Assembly (NCBI RefSeq): GCF_000143415.4 | Contig: NW_003314262.1 | Coordinates: 3,358,405-3,422,404, forward strand | Length of the DNA stretch: 64,000 nt | Direction of reading: 5' to 3' | Source: Selaginella moellendorffii | Taxonomy: Eukaryota > Plantae > Lycopodiophyta | Part shown: piece after piece, positions 25,059-37,200 of the stretch | Position numbering within the stretch: the stretch's first letter is position 1 | Layout of the letters: each line of letters begins with the position of its first letter | The notes under the pieces: model-generated | The model's input: the letters and a program-made list of their open reading frames with translations, nothing else | Databases searched by the model: none | What the model was told of the DNA's origin: nothing | Made by a program: the position numbers and the translations under genes

Positions 25059-26809
25059 GAAAGAACCTCTGATCCGTCTCCGATGAGAATGTGTCCACCC
25101 ATACCCATCGGGCTAGCATCCATGAGGCATCCATGAGGCATCCAAATGACATTTAATGCTGAACCAATAGAAAATTGCCACATAGATACTATATTGTGAG
25201 TGAAATTTGCCACAGTAACATCCACCTTTTTGGTTTGCTTAAGCAAACCTACAGGGGGATTGGGATGGTAATGAATATACTTAGAATATGCTTGGATATT
25301 CTAGGATATTCTATCATCCAATGGTGGTTATTCATTTAGATTAATTTCATATTTATAATTTATAAACTTTTCTAACCACTTTATATCATCATGAGCATAT
25401 ATGGTTTTTGGAGCTTGAGCCAAAGAAACTATGTAATATATAGTGCATTGGTTGAGCTCTATGTCCAGAATGGCAATTGCAAGGGAGCTCTCAAAGTTCC
25501 ACTGCCAAGGCCCTCAATCAAGGCTCTGCCATGAAGCAAAGAATCTGAAGCCAAAACTGGATAGACAAAGCAGCTAGTGATCCACGTGAAGGGAAGAATG
25601 AAAAAGAGGAGCACTCATAGAGGCCTCCCAGCCTCAATTGTGACAAGCACGAAGCATTGAAACCAGCTTAGGGATTTGAGTAGTGCCCCCTCGAGATCAA
25701 TCATGATGCTATCGTCATTCCTGGCCACTGCATTGTCCACTGGCTCCAATGGATTGCTCTTGTCCCTGGGAAGCATCAAGAAAATCATATTTGGACTAGT
25801 GAGTTGATTGAGAATTGGCTCTCCTTGGAGGTTTGAGCTGAGAGCCATGATCCAAGATTAGAAACCCACCATGGCAGTACTGATTTATTGCCCAGAATCA
25901 ATCAATCAACCTGGAATGCAACTATGGATGGAGCTTAGATCTTCCTCTGTATGGCTCCCTATTATCTGAGTGGGCAGTGGGTAGAAAACAAAGATCAGTG
26001 GAGGACAATCTTTCTATTCCTATTCATTCCTCTTTTCTAAAGCGACGGATGGAGGGAGATTGTAGTAAGAGTCAGGCTGCTTCTAGCTTCAGCTTGGACG
26101 ATGATGAGAAGTATCTGGCAAGGATGTTTACAAATGAGGAGAGTCAGTGCATGAAAAGGTTGAAAAGGTTTAGAAGGTTTGTCACATGTGGAATTGGTTT
26201 ATTGTCTGCCATAATCCTATGTTGGGCAAGTTGATGGATTTTAATTTTTAGCTCAAAGTTTTATTCTTTTTTGTTTTCGATTCTTCAAACTGAAGTCTAG
26301 TTTATTTTTGGATCCTTTTATTAGTATAAATTAGCTAGAGGTAATTTTGTTTAATCAATCACATAGATATGTCAGATTTGGATTGTGCTATGGATATTGT
26401 TTAGTCATCATCTGCTAAGGATTTGTCTATAGAAACAAATTCTTATGAAGGTTTGGTTTTTCTCTTTATTCCTTAGTATTTCTTGGTTTTGTAGTTTCAC
26501 AAGCAAGGAGGAAAAAGTTGACCATCCTAAAAGCCACTATTGCATCACTTATCTTTGAAAAAGCAAATTCAACCAAAATTCTTGAGCTGAAGATTTTATC
26601 TACATATGTTGAAATCGTTTTCTTTCTGTAGTTTTGATTTGCTTTTTGCCTAGGTATGGAACTTATAAAGTTCATCTTGCAAAGAACACTCTACAAAGTG
26701 CAAAATACTTAACTTATATAATGGATTGTACAGATATGCATGGCTTGCAAACTTTAACTATATATGGCAATTCATCCATGTGTGCATGATTATATAATAA
26801 ATTTATGGT

Positions 26810-29800
26810 TGGTAAATGTTTCTCACTTACAAGGTTTATAAAAACATTTCAAGAAACAGAACTATATAAGAAAAAAAAATTAATATAGATGAAAATTGGT
26901 TTCAACAAGCACAAAATTTAGACAATATAGATAATAACACACAAATAATATTAGAAAACAAATTTCAACAAGAATTAAATGAAGATGATAATAGTGTAAA
27001 TTTTATAAACAACCCTGATAATGAGATATTACCAACAGATACTATAGTAATTAGCTTCTTAGATGCAAATCAAATAGATAATTTTACAAATAAAGTTTTA
27101 GTTATAGCACCTGGTCAAGGACAACACCCATTAGGATTATTTGTAGATGAAAATATTGAAGAAATGGCATATCCAAAATTATTTGGTGGAAAACCAAGAC
27201 CATTAGACATAAAATGTAAATTTATATACTAAGAAATAATCCAATGGGAATTAATGAATGAGGATAGAAAATTTGCATGACATATTGAACATATATTTAC
27301 AGCAGCTGTAAAAACTTAAATCAAATTTGTCAATCAAAATGCAGGTTTTAGATTAAAAAAATCTACTTATGAAGGAAGAAAAAAATCACATCAAAAGATG
27401 TGCTTGAAAATGGAAATATGGATAAAATATTAAAGTTAAACATTAGTTTTAGAGATTTTAAAAATCTAAGAACATCACCAGATAATTTAGAAGCACTAAA
27501 AAAATATGCATTTGCCATGATAAGACAATTAGGACCACCAACACCATTCTTAACTCTTAGCTGTTCAGAAAGACATTGGGAACCATTATTAAATGCTTTA
27601 AAACATTTGAAAACAGATATATAATAAAAAGAAGAGATAGAAAAATTAAATGAAAAAGAGAAAATATATAAAATACTAAAAGTTGATCCAATCAACACAA
27701 TACGATATTATGCACATAAAACATCAGTATTTAGAAAATTATTAATGTCCAATTATCACATATTTGGCAGGAAAGTAAAAGACTATGTATTTGTAATACA
27801 ATTTTAACAACATGGTACACTACATGAACATGCACTAATATGGTTAGAAAATCCACCACAAACATTAGAACAAACAAAAGAATAAGCTAATCAGAATATA
27901 TGTATTGATTCAGAGAAACTACCAGATAATATAAAAGATGTTCAAACTCATAAACATAGAAAAACATGTAAAAAATATAAAAATATAAATTGTAGATTTA
28001 TTTACCTAATTCCTCCAATACCACAAACAAAAATCTTAAAGCCTATAAAAGACATTACAAAACATGAAAAGGATTCTTATGCAATGATTTACAAAAAAAT
28101 AAAAACAATACTAGAAGATAAAACTATAGATCTAAAAAATTTAGAGCTTGATGAATATTTAAAAATAATAGGAATAACATATGAGCAATATAAAGCTACA
28201 ATAAGATTACATTAACAAATGCAAAAAACAATTATAAACGAAAACCAAAAGACATAAACACAAATACTTTTAATAACAAATTATCAAATTTATAGCAATC
28301 AAATGTAGATATTATTCTTGATTGATATGCATCAGCATCATATTGTTTATCATACATTGAAATAGAAATAACAAAGAGATTATCAACTGTATTTAAAAAA
28401 TGCCAAGAAGGAATAGATGCATATAATAGAGTTCGGTTATTAGGAAATACTTTCATACGTTGTAGGGAAATGCCAATTCAACAAGCTTTGTGTTTATTTC
28501 TTGTATATACTGTGCTTGTTCTTTTAATATTTTATTTGCTTCTTGTTCTGGATTCTCCCAATCAAATTCACTCTCATTTGTTACTTTTTTATATATGTAT
28601 TTATGTTATTTTTCATCTATTTGTTCCATATTTTCTTCATATGCATTCATATATGTTGTGTACATTTCTTTAAGATCTTCTTCTGTTCAAAATTTTTTAT
28701 ATAAGATTAATCTTTCAAAAGCCCACTTTTTTTTATCTTTTTCTTTACTAAAGTTTATATATCTAATTATATTGTTTTTTTTTTAAGTTTTCGTGTTGTT
28801 ACTTCTTTTTCAATTATATATTCAGTTGTTATTGCTAATGTTAAATCTTCTAATTCTTCTAGTCTTCGCATGTATTTTTCAATTAGTCCAGGTACTGCTA
28901 TGTTTTTATCATCTTCTTGCATTTTTGCAAGGTCTTGTTTCGTTTCTAAATGTTTTGTTCGTTATTCTTGTAGTTTAGTATCAATGAACTTTACAATTCT
29001 AGATATATGATGAATGGGATTGACAATATTAAAAAAAGTAAACAAATGAATTTGATATAGAGACAGATTTATTCAAAATGAAAAATAAAAAAAACTTAAA
29101 TTTAAATATAAAAGATAAAATATTAACAAATTCAACAATTATAGTACAAGATAAATACCTTATGGAAACTAGTAAATATCACCAATTATTAAGAACTCTA
29201 AATAAAAAGAAAAAAATAATACATGATTTCTTCATATTGAAAAAAATAAAACAACCTAACAAACAATTGTGTTTATTTTTAACAGAAGAAGCTATAACTG
29301 GAAAGTCAATGCTTTTAAATACACTTATAGAAACACTCAAACGATATTATAAAACAAACCAAGATATAAATAATGAACCAGGATAAAAAATATTAATAAT
29401 AGCATCTATAGGAAAAGCAGCTTATAATATAAATGGTTCAACAATACATTCAACTTTTGCATTTCGACCAGAAGCACCAAAACAATGTCAAACAATATTA
29501 ACAAATGACACATTAGATAAATACAAAAGAAAGTTTTCAACAATAAAATGTTTAGTAATAGATGAAATATCAATGGTAAGTATAGAAATGCTACAAGATA
29601 TAAATAGAAGATGTGAAAGCTTCAAAACAACATATGGAATAGGCTTTGGTGGGATGGATTGTATATTTACAGGTGATTTCTATCAATTAAATCCTACATT
29701 TGAAGCACCAATTTATTCAACAAAAATATATAGACCTGAAAATTATGTCTCCATACACCACCCACGGAAAATAATTTTAAAATCTATGAACTTACTGAAA

Positions 29801-30973
29801 TAATGAGGCAAAAAGATGATATAATATTTTAAAAAAACTTTAAATAAAATAAAAAATAGGAGAAAAAATAGATAAAGAGCTAGAATATTTAAATAAACAA
29901 GTCACCACAGATACATATAACACAGAATACTATTCTATATTTGCAACTAATGAACAAGTAAGAGAATATAATGAAAAAATAATACAACACATACAAGGTA
30001 AAGATATAATTATAGAAGCACAAGACAAACATGGAAATTCCTGTCCTACACATTTCACGCTGCCAGATGACACCAGAAAAATACAAGGACTATATAAAAT
30101 ATTACATTTTTAAAAGAAAATGGCAATTGAAATAACACAAAATATAGCAACAGAAGATGGATTAGTAAATAGAGTAGATGGAGTATTACAAGATGTAACC
30201 CAGATTGAAAAAGAACAAATAATGTGGATAGAATTTTCAAATATAAAAACAGGTGAAAAAACAAGAGCTAAAGAAAACATAACAATAAAGCAAAATAATG
30301 AAAAAAACTGGACACCAATAAAAAAAATAACAAGAATAATAAATATTACTAAAAATAAAAACTATGTTATAAGTAGAATCCAATTTCCAGTACAACCATG
30401 TGCATGAAGAACAATACATAGAGCACAAGGGTCAACAGTTATGCAATTAGGGTATGACCCATATAAAACAAAATATCTAGGACAAGCATACACCGCATTA
30501 TCAAGAGCACGAACACTAAAAGGGATACATTTATATAGACCAATTGAACATAAACATATTAAAATCAATAAAGATGCAGCTAAAGAAATAATAAGAATGA
30601 CAACAGAAGCACCATAGCAAATTGATTTAATAGATTTACAAGAAGAAAAAATAGCTAACCAAACAATTATACAAGTTCTAAATACAAGATATATTACTGC
30701 ACATCAAGAAGATATAAAGAGTGATTCACAATTATTAACATCAGATATAATATGTATGCAAGAAGTAGGAACACAAAAACATGAGGATTTATATTTTAAT
30801 AAATATAAATTACATATTCATGAACAACCCCCACATATAGCAATATTGCATACAAATGACTATAAATCAGAAATAGTACAACATTTAAAAACATAAACAA
30901 TGGCAATGTCATATGTATCACTAGAAAAAAATAAAAAACAATTACAGATAATAAATTTACATAAAAAACCTGG

Positions 30974-31004
<31 letters not shown>

Positions 31005-31351
31005 TCATAAAACAATTACAAAAATATATACAGAAAGTAGATAATAAAAAACCAGTAATAATTACAGGAGATTTTAATATTGACTACCAAATAGAAGAAG
31101 TAAAACCACTTCAAACAATAATGGAGAAAGAAGGATACATACAAATAATAAAACACAATACACGTAATAATAAATTAATAGATCATATATGGATAAAAGA
31201 TATAATATATACAAAAGTAGGAATAGCACCTGCATTGGACAGATCATAACAATTATGTATCATAATAAAAAATATTTAAAAACAAAAACAAACCAACCGT
31301 TGCTGCAATGCAACGCGCAGCAATTTATTACGAATTGCACGCACACACTAG
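26810..31351 (+). mobile_element. Degenerate Helitron-like element with Rep (HUH), Pif1 helicase and C-terminal AP-endonuclease-like domain; 5' end not located
   Basis: Rep: AMIRQLGPPTPFLTLS (27517), QHGTLHEHALIWL (27808), QTHKH..TC. Helicase: TGKS, GKAA..G.TIHS, DEISMV, GDFYQL, TIHRAQG, QAYTALSR. EEP: DIICMQE, GDFN, IDH, TDH. 3' GC hairpin at 31297-31341, then CTAG|T at 31348-31352. Confidence 0.9.
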
Positions 31352-32218
31352 TACATGGGGTTAGGCAGCTTAAAGAACATAAACTTTTCTTGGTCAACTT
31401 TGTCCGGGAAATTTTCAATTGAGATTGTTTTCTCCCCTGATGCTCCTGTCACTGCAGTGGCATCTTGTTGTATGTGCAGCTCATTTGTATTGAACTGACT
31501 GGAAAAGCGCCATTGATTAGTAAAACCTTGATATTATCACAAAGAACTACTTACTAGTCCAGGATTAATTTTGTCCAGCCACTGTAGCCTGCAGCACGCA
31601 GGTTCCTTTCCGTTGCTTCACGTCGCTTCTCGGATCTATCGGAGATGAGCACGATTCTCCAGTTTGCACACAACAGCTCGTTGTAGAAATCCAAAGAAGA
31701 CTTGATTGCTACAGCCTTGCCTTGTTGCACCCAAAGGTCAAAGTCGGTACTGTTACGCGGGAGGGCCCTGTATCAAAGTAAAACAACGAAATGTCAGTCA
31801 TAATCTCATGATAAACGGATGGACTTTACTCGAACTGGCGAGTGGCATAGTAAGGGACATTGGACAATAGTGTCTGGTCGACTTGGAAGATCCAAGTGCC
31901 AGGGTTAGTGGGAAATAACCTTGCAAACTTAGTAGATTGGAGAGTTGCTCCCCACACATCACCCCCATACAACCCCTTTGTCATGTAGTCTCCAATGTAG
32001 TCGATGCAATCTTTGGGGACAGTCCAGCCCTTGGCAAGGTTGGCAGCTTCTGCATTGCGCTGGAAAATGCCGCAGAATTGATTCACGGTCATCCAATCAG
32101 GCTTCTCTTGGAGGTCCACCTTGCAATTGGAACAAGTTACCGCATGAGAGCAAACCGTCATATGGACAACAACAAGACAGGCAACCAGAATACATGCGGA
32201 CGATGCCATGGTGTGCAT
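31348..32218 (-). CDS. HAD class B acid phosphatase / vegetative-storage-protein-like, catalytic motifs degenerate (3 exons)
   Basis: Exons 32218-31830, 31767-31555, 31498-31348 splice in frame. Signal peptide, E..N..W.VP..C..Y, WIFQVDQTLLSN, NL..AGY.GW.KLIL, C-terminal FKLPNPMY*. Confidence 0.85.
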
Positions 32219-32864
32219 TGGAGAGTGTTCCCAGTTTTATATAGTCTAGACAGGAGTGCGTGCTAGCTCACACTGGTAAAGCCGAGTACGAAAGGTTCCA
32301 TCTCTGAGACTACGGAAAATTTTTTATTAAAGTTCGGCAGGGATGGTATGAGTTCCAGGAATAAGCTCTAAAATCCTTAGGGCTGATAAAGGGCCGACGT
32401 GGCAGTATCGTTGAGTGGAAGTCAGAAATGCTTGATAATGAATAAATTCATGTGAGCCATCACTTTCAAGTTCACTTTTCACTTACCGTATTAACAAGAA
32501 ATCAAGTCCCGATTCTGAGCCCATGTTTTATTTGAGCGAACTTATGGGGGACGAAGCCATGGACAAATGAGACACCTCTGGGAGGTACCGGAAAATATAG
32601 GAAAAATGCATTAGAGCGACAAATCCAATATCGAGGAAAAGTTGTCCTTCCAAATCACATAGGCATTACTGTTTTTTCAAATTACTGGCACTGGCCGTGG
32701 AAAGAATTATTTGCATTATTGCTGCTACGATTGTAAGGATGAAGGACATGTTGCACTGAATACATTCTCCACTACCATGTTCCTTTAATTTGCCAATGTG
32801 TTCGACTTGTTAACAGCCTTGAAGGATACAGTTTTCATTTTTTGTTTTTTCGTTTAGAGAACTT

Positions 32865-34885
32865 ATGGCGGAAAAGAAGCCATGGGAGACATCGAGCATT
32901 GTTGCCATTGCAGTATTCATATTTGCCATTGTAGTTGCAACAGGTGTGCTGCTAGTCTTCTCGTTATGTGTGGACAAAAAGAAGCCAGAAGGTGAGTTCT
33001 ATTCTGATCTCATCAAACAGACAGGTACAACTTGTTGGGAAACCAACGTGTTTGCGACAACAAACGACCCCTTCTACAAATGGGCCACAAGCACCTCCAT
33101 TGCATCAACACTCTATTTTACCGGTGTTAGCACGGCGGAGGTTGCTGCTGCTTATCAAACGCTCAGTGCATGGCGGGTTTGGAGAAGCAACAACAAAACT
33201 GTAGAAGCTGATCTTTTTAACTCGCCCGATCCACACTTGTATGGAGGAGTCATTCAGCGTACTAGTCCGATCTGGAAAATGGCGATTCACTGGGGGATAA
33301 ACTTACGCCTGTGCATCGATGATGGGAGAGGACTGTCTGCTGTCGAACGCTGCAAGGTCACTGCACCTATAGTCCCAGTGGACAAAACCAGCGGTAAGCC
33401 GGATCTTGGCTTACTTCTCAGTAAAGTACCTTTCGCAATGCCATCTTCCAACATCACGCATCCAGTTTTCACCGAGTCTGGATTTTATTTCAGCAACTTT
33501 GCTAGCAGTGCGAGGTCCAACATATCCACGGGGATTAGCCAGGAGAAAATTCCCTATAACGACTCGACATGGTCTTACTACAGCAATGATATTAGAGAAT
33601 GCAACTTATCTGTTCCCATCAACTACATGCCGGATGTTATTTCTTACTTGTCTTATCCATTCTTACAGTGCGCCTGCCGTGGCCAAGTTTGCATAATTGG
33701 ATACAACTTGACGCAAGTCCAAGATGTTTCCTTCTCCTTCAACACTCCTCAGTGTGAGAAATCTCGATCATTTTGGGACTGGAATACTATTACAGATAAA
33801 AATGCCATCTTTCTTGGATCTTCCAGCATCAAATTTAACTTCCCGGTGACATTCAAAATTCAATTTAATGACTCTCTTCCCATTGTCAACCTCACAGAAG
33901 GTGTGCTGAGTGGGATGGAGCAGGTGACAACATGCATTGAGACAACGTTAGAAGGAGACCAAAAGCCAACACGCACAATTCTAAATAATTCTTGTACAAA
34001 AAACGTGACGGGTTGCCAAGTTTCGTTCATCGGCGGCAAGAATATTGGTACGCAAGCCGACAAGGTGGGCGGCACTGTCATCAAAGATTTTCTGAAGAAG
34101 ACACAAGGAAGGGACATCACCTGTGGGAACGAAGAATTCAAGGTGAGTTCGATACTATGACTTTTTTTTTCTTCTGAAGGCTGATGTTTTATTTTCTTGG
34201 TTAAGGTGGATTCACCACCGTGTTTCAGAAAATTGTCTCCAAAGGACAACAACGAAGTCCAAGAAGTTCTCAATGACTTGTTGAAAGTGAGCAACGTTCA
34301 TCGTTTTGGAGAGCGGTATTGGAAAGATGGATCTTCTCGTCGAACACAAGTTTATGCGTCTTTTATGACATTTGTCATTGCATTCCTGGGAATTTGTGCT
34401 GGCTCCTTAAGCAGGACACTCTTAGAGTGGGAAGATTCATTGTTTCGCCAACTCGATCAACTTAAGTTGGCCGGTAAGCCAGGCTACCGTCCACTAATCA
34501 GAACTTTGGGGCGGACAGTGTTCATTGCTGGTTCAGTGGCAGGAAGCTTGCCAGGTCTCTACTTCAGCATAAATGACCTCCAGAAGGAACCTTCCCTTGC
34601 CACTGCTGAGACAATTCTCCAGCTCAATAATGACACAGCATTCCTAGTTACAACGACATCCACAGTTGAAGTTACTCCAAACTGGATAGTCTTCCAAGTG
34701 TTCACTGTGTTTATTGGATTAGCAGTGGTTGCACTAGCCATCCTCATCTACTTCAAATTAGATAAAATACGTCAGCAACATGATGAGAAAAATGTTCAGC
34801 AACAGGGGGATTCTCCAGGTAAATCTTCATCACTTTTGTTTTGAGCTAACATATGTTAATTTTTCTGACAGGCAAAAATGCATAG
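32865..34885 (+). CDS. Uncharacterised ~630-aa membrane protein (N-terminal TM, large Cys- and N-glycosylation-rich ectodomain, three C-terminal TM segments)
   Basis: Exons 32865-34142, 34206-34818, 34872-34885 with in-frame GT-AG introns. No family recognised. Confidence 0.75.
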
Positions 34886-35489
34886 CTCGCTTCGTGTTTC
34901 CGCTTTGATTTTCTAGTCTAGCTGTCCGGGGCCAGCCTGCTTTTCCGTGCATTTCTTTAACTTCTTTTATGTAAGAAATAAGTATGACAAATTAGGGTTT
35001 TATTATGCGATATTGCCAAATACCATAACATGAGTATGAAGGGGACAGCTCACAAAGGTTAAATTATATAGTGCGGAAATAATGTGAGCATACATTCGTA
35101 AGGTATAATTGACTATATGAAATAGATTGCTTCAAAAATTAATTTTCTATTTTCTCTTCATTCTTTTGTTATAACACAAGCTTTTTTCTTGTTGTATTAT
35201 GGGCGTATTTCTTCGAAGTGTCTAATTTGAATGCTGTTAGATTAGTTTGATGAAATATAATTCTAGAAATCAGTATAATTCAAGCATACTTGACTAGATT
35301 GCTCGCTCGCTCACCAATCCCTTCTTTCGTGGATTGCTTTGTGAAAAGAGCGGTTTCATGAAAGTGTCGCTTTGGCCGAGTGGTTAAGGAAGTAGTAGGA
35401 GACAGCAGAAGAGAAGAAAGAGAAGTAGTGAGTAGTAGTAGAAAAAGAAGAAGAAATAGGACGAAAACACTCCAGAAAAACAAGCTCAC

Positions 35490-36830
35490 TCAGAGGCCCA
35501 CGACTTGAGCAACGAGTCCATACCTCTCTCGTAGATGGCCTTGGCAACGCAAGCGTCCTCCTGCTTCCCAAACCTCACCTCCCACTCCATCTCCATCACC
35601 CTCTTTGCCGCTTCCTTGTCCCCGTGCGTAGTCTGCCATCGTCTCCAGGTAACTCTCGTTGCCATCGTTGCCAGCCGTGAGCTTGTGCATCGCCTCCATA
35701 ATCACCTCTCCCGCTGGAACATAATCCCCTCCGGCAGCGCCACCACGTTTCCAACCTCCACCTGCTGGTAGAGCGACCAGTGGATCGCTCTCACGCACTG
35801 CCTCTCCTCCTCATCCTGGAGCTTTGTCGCCAACACTTGCTCCAGCTTCACCACCATCCAGGCCGGACTGATCCCTCCCTTGACAAAACTCAAAGTTTGC
35901 CTCGGCCAAGTCCCTGTAGAAGCCCGTCACCTGCGCGAGATCCTCGTCCAGCCGCCGCTACAGCTCGCACTTCTTGCAAGCACACTCGAAGGAGAGCCTC
36001 GTCCGCCTGTAAGGATGGCCGCCGATGATGTAGCAGAACCCGAGTGATGTCTCGGGTGGCAAAGTAGCACGCCGTGGTGCCAAACACCCTCTGGGAAACG
36101 TTCCCAACACAGCAGTGGTTGATGAAGCGGAGCAGCGCCAAAGCTTTCCGGTACATACTCTTGAGATGGCGGGGATCCACGGAGAGAGCAGCACTTGCGG
36201 CATCCACACACTGCTCAAATCGTCCCAGCTTGAGGAAGCACTCGGCCTTGTTCGACAGTGCAAGTACTCGATCTCGCTCCTCCTCCTGGAGCTCGCATTT
36301 CCCCATGCTCAAGGCTTGGGCGGCAGCCTCAAGGCTGCCATCTTGGAAGAGCCTGTTGCCTTCCAATCGCAGCGCCGCGGAGGCCATACCTCTGAATCGC
36401 TCCAGCTGCTCGTCGCTGAGGTAGGAGATCACGTCCACGGTTGTCCAGCGAGGTGAAGGAAGAACCCTCTTGCTTCTGGACATCGGCTCCTTGACGGCCA
36501 CTCGAGCTCCTCTCGAATATTTCGCTCGGACTTGCTCGGATGTGGCGTCGCTGCCCACTGCGTGCTTGATCGCTAGAAGAACCTCGTCGCCGCTGGAATC
36601 CCTGAGCGTAGTGAGTACCTCGAGCTTGAGCGTATCCGCAATGAGCACTCCATGGAGAACACAGCCTCTGGCGAGCGATCCTGGGCGGAGATTCGCAATC
36701 CTGGTTGGCGCTAGGGCTGAGATCGTGATCTGCCTGGTGCTTCTGGATCATCATCGACACCACATCGTCTCCGGATCGGTGTGCGGCGGAGAGGGAGAGA
36801 TTTCGGTGCCCGAGCGGGGCGGAGCATCAT
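35490..36830 (-). pseudogene. TPR + SET-domain protein pseudogene (fungal-type architecture)
   Basis: VAVKEP N-domain; TPRs (EGNRLF, SNKAECFLKLGRF, KSMYRKALAL) fused directly to the SET C-half INHCC.GN..ATRDI; post-SET FECACKKC in another frame. SET N-half deleted. Confidence 0.8.
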
Positions 36831-36984
36831 CGCCGTCGCTCGCAAGGAACTAGGGTTTAAGCTCCCTCCATTAAGAAAAACGAATCTACCTTTGTTTACG
36901 TCAAGATTTTTTGACTCATAGATCTTCTCTAAATTAAACTGAGTATTAAAGGCGGAAAGTTATGCTACTTCTTATGGTTGGTTT

Positions 36985-37200
36985 AATTACTTCCTTCTCA
37001 TTGTTGGATTCTTGTGCTTGGCAGGACGAGAATATTACAAAGTTCCTGTGGGACATGCTGAAACTTCCTTCTCATTGTTGGATTCTTGATTACTTCTATC
37101 ATTTTTGCTACAGCTCTGAAGCATACCTGTGGGACATGCTGAAACTTCTTTTTCATTGTTGGATTCTTCATTACTTCTATCCCATTGTTGGATTCTTGTA
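36985..37200. repeat. ~81-bp tandem repeat, about 2.5 copies
   Basis: CCTGTGGGACATGCTGAAACTT...CATTGTTGGATTCTT at 37045 and 37126, plus partial units. Confidence 0.85.

Noticed and set aside
25400-26800. Helitron 5' end or captured gene fragments
   Set aside because: No A|TC boundary or displaced phosphatase 3' UTR could be identified by eye.
36985-37200. Repeat-spacer look resembling CRISPR
   Set aside because: Eukaryotic context, spacers are related to each other, no cas genes.
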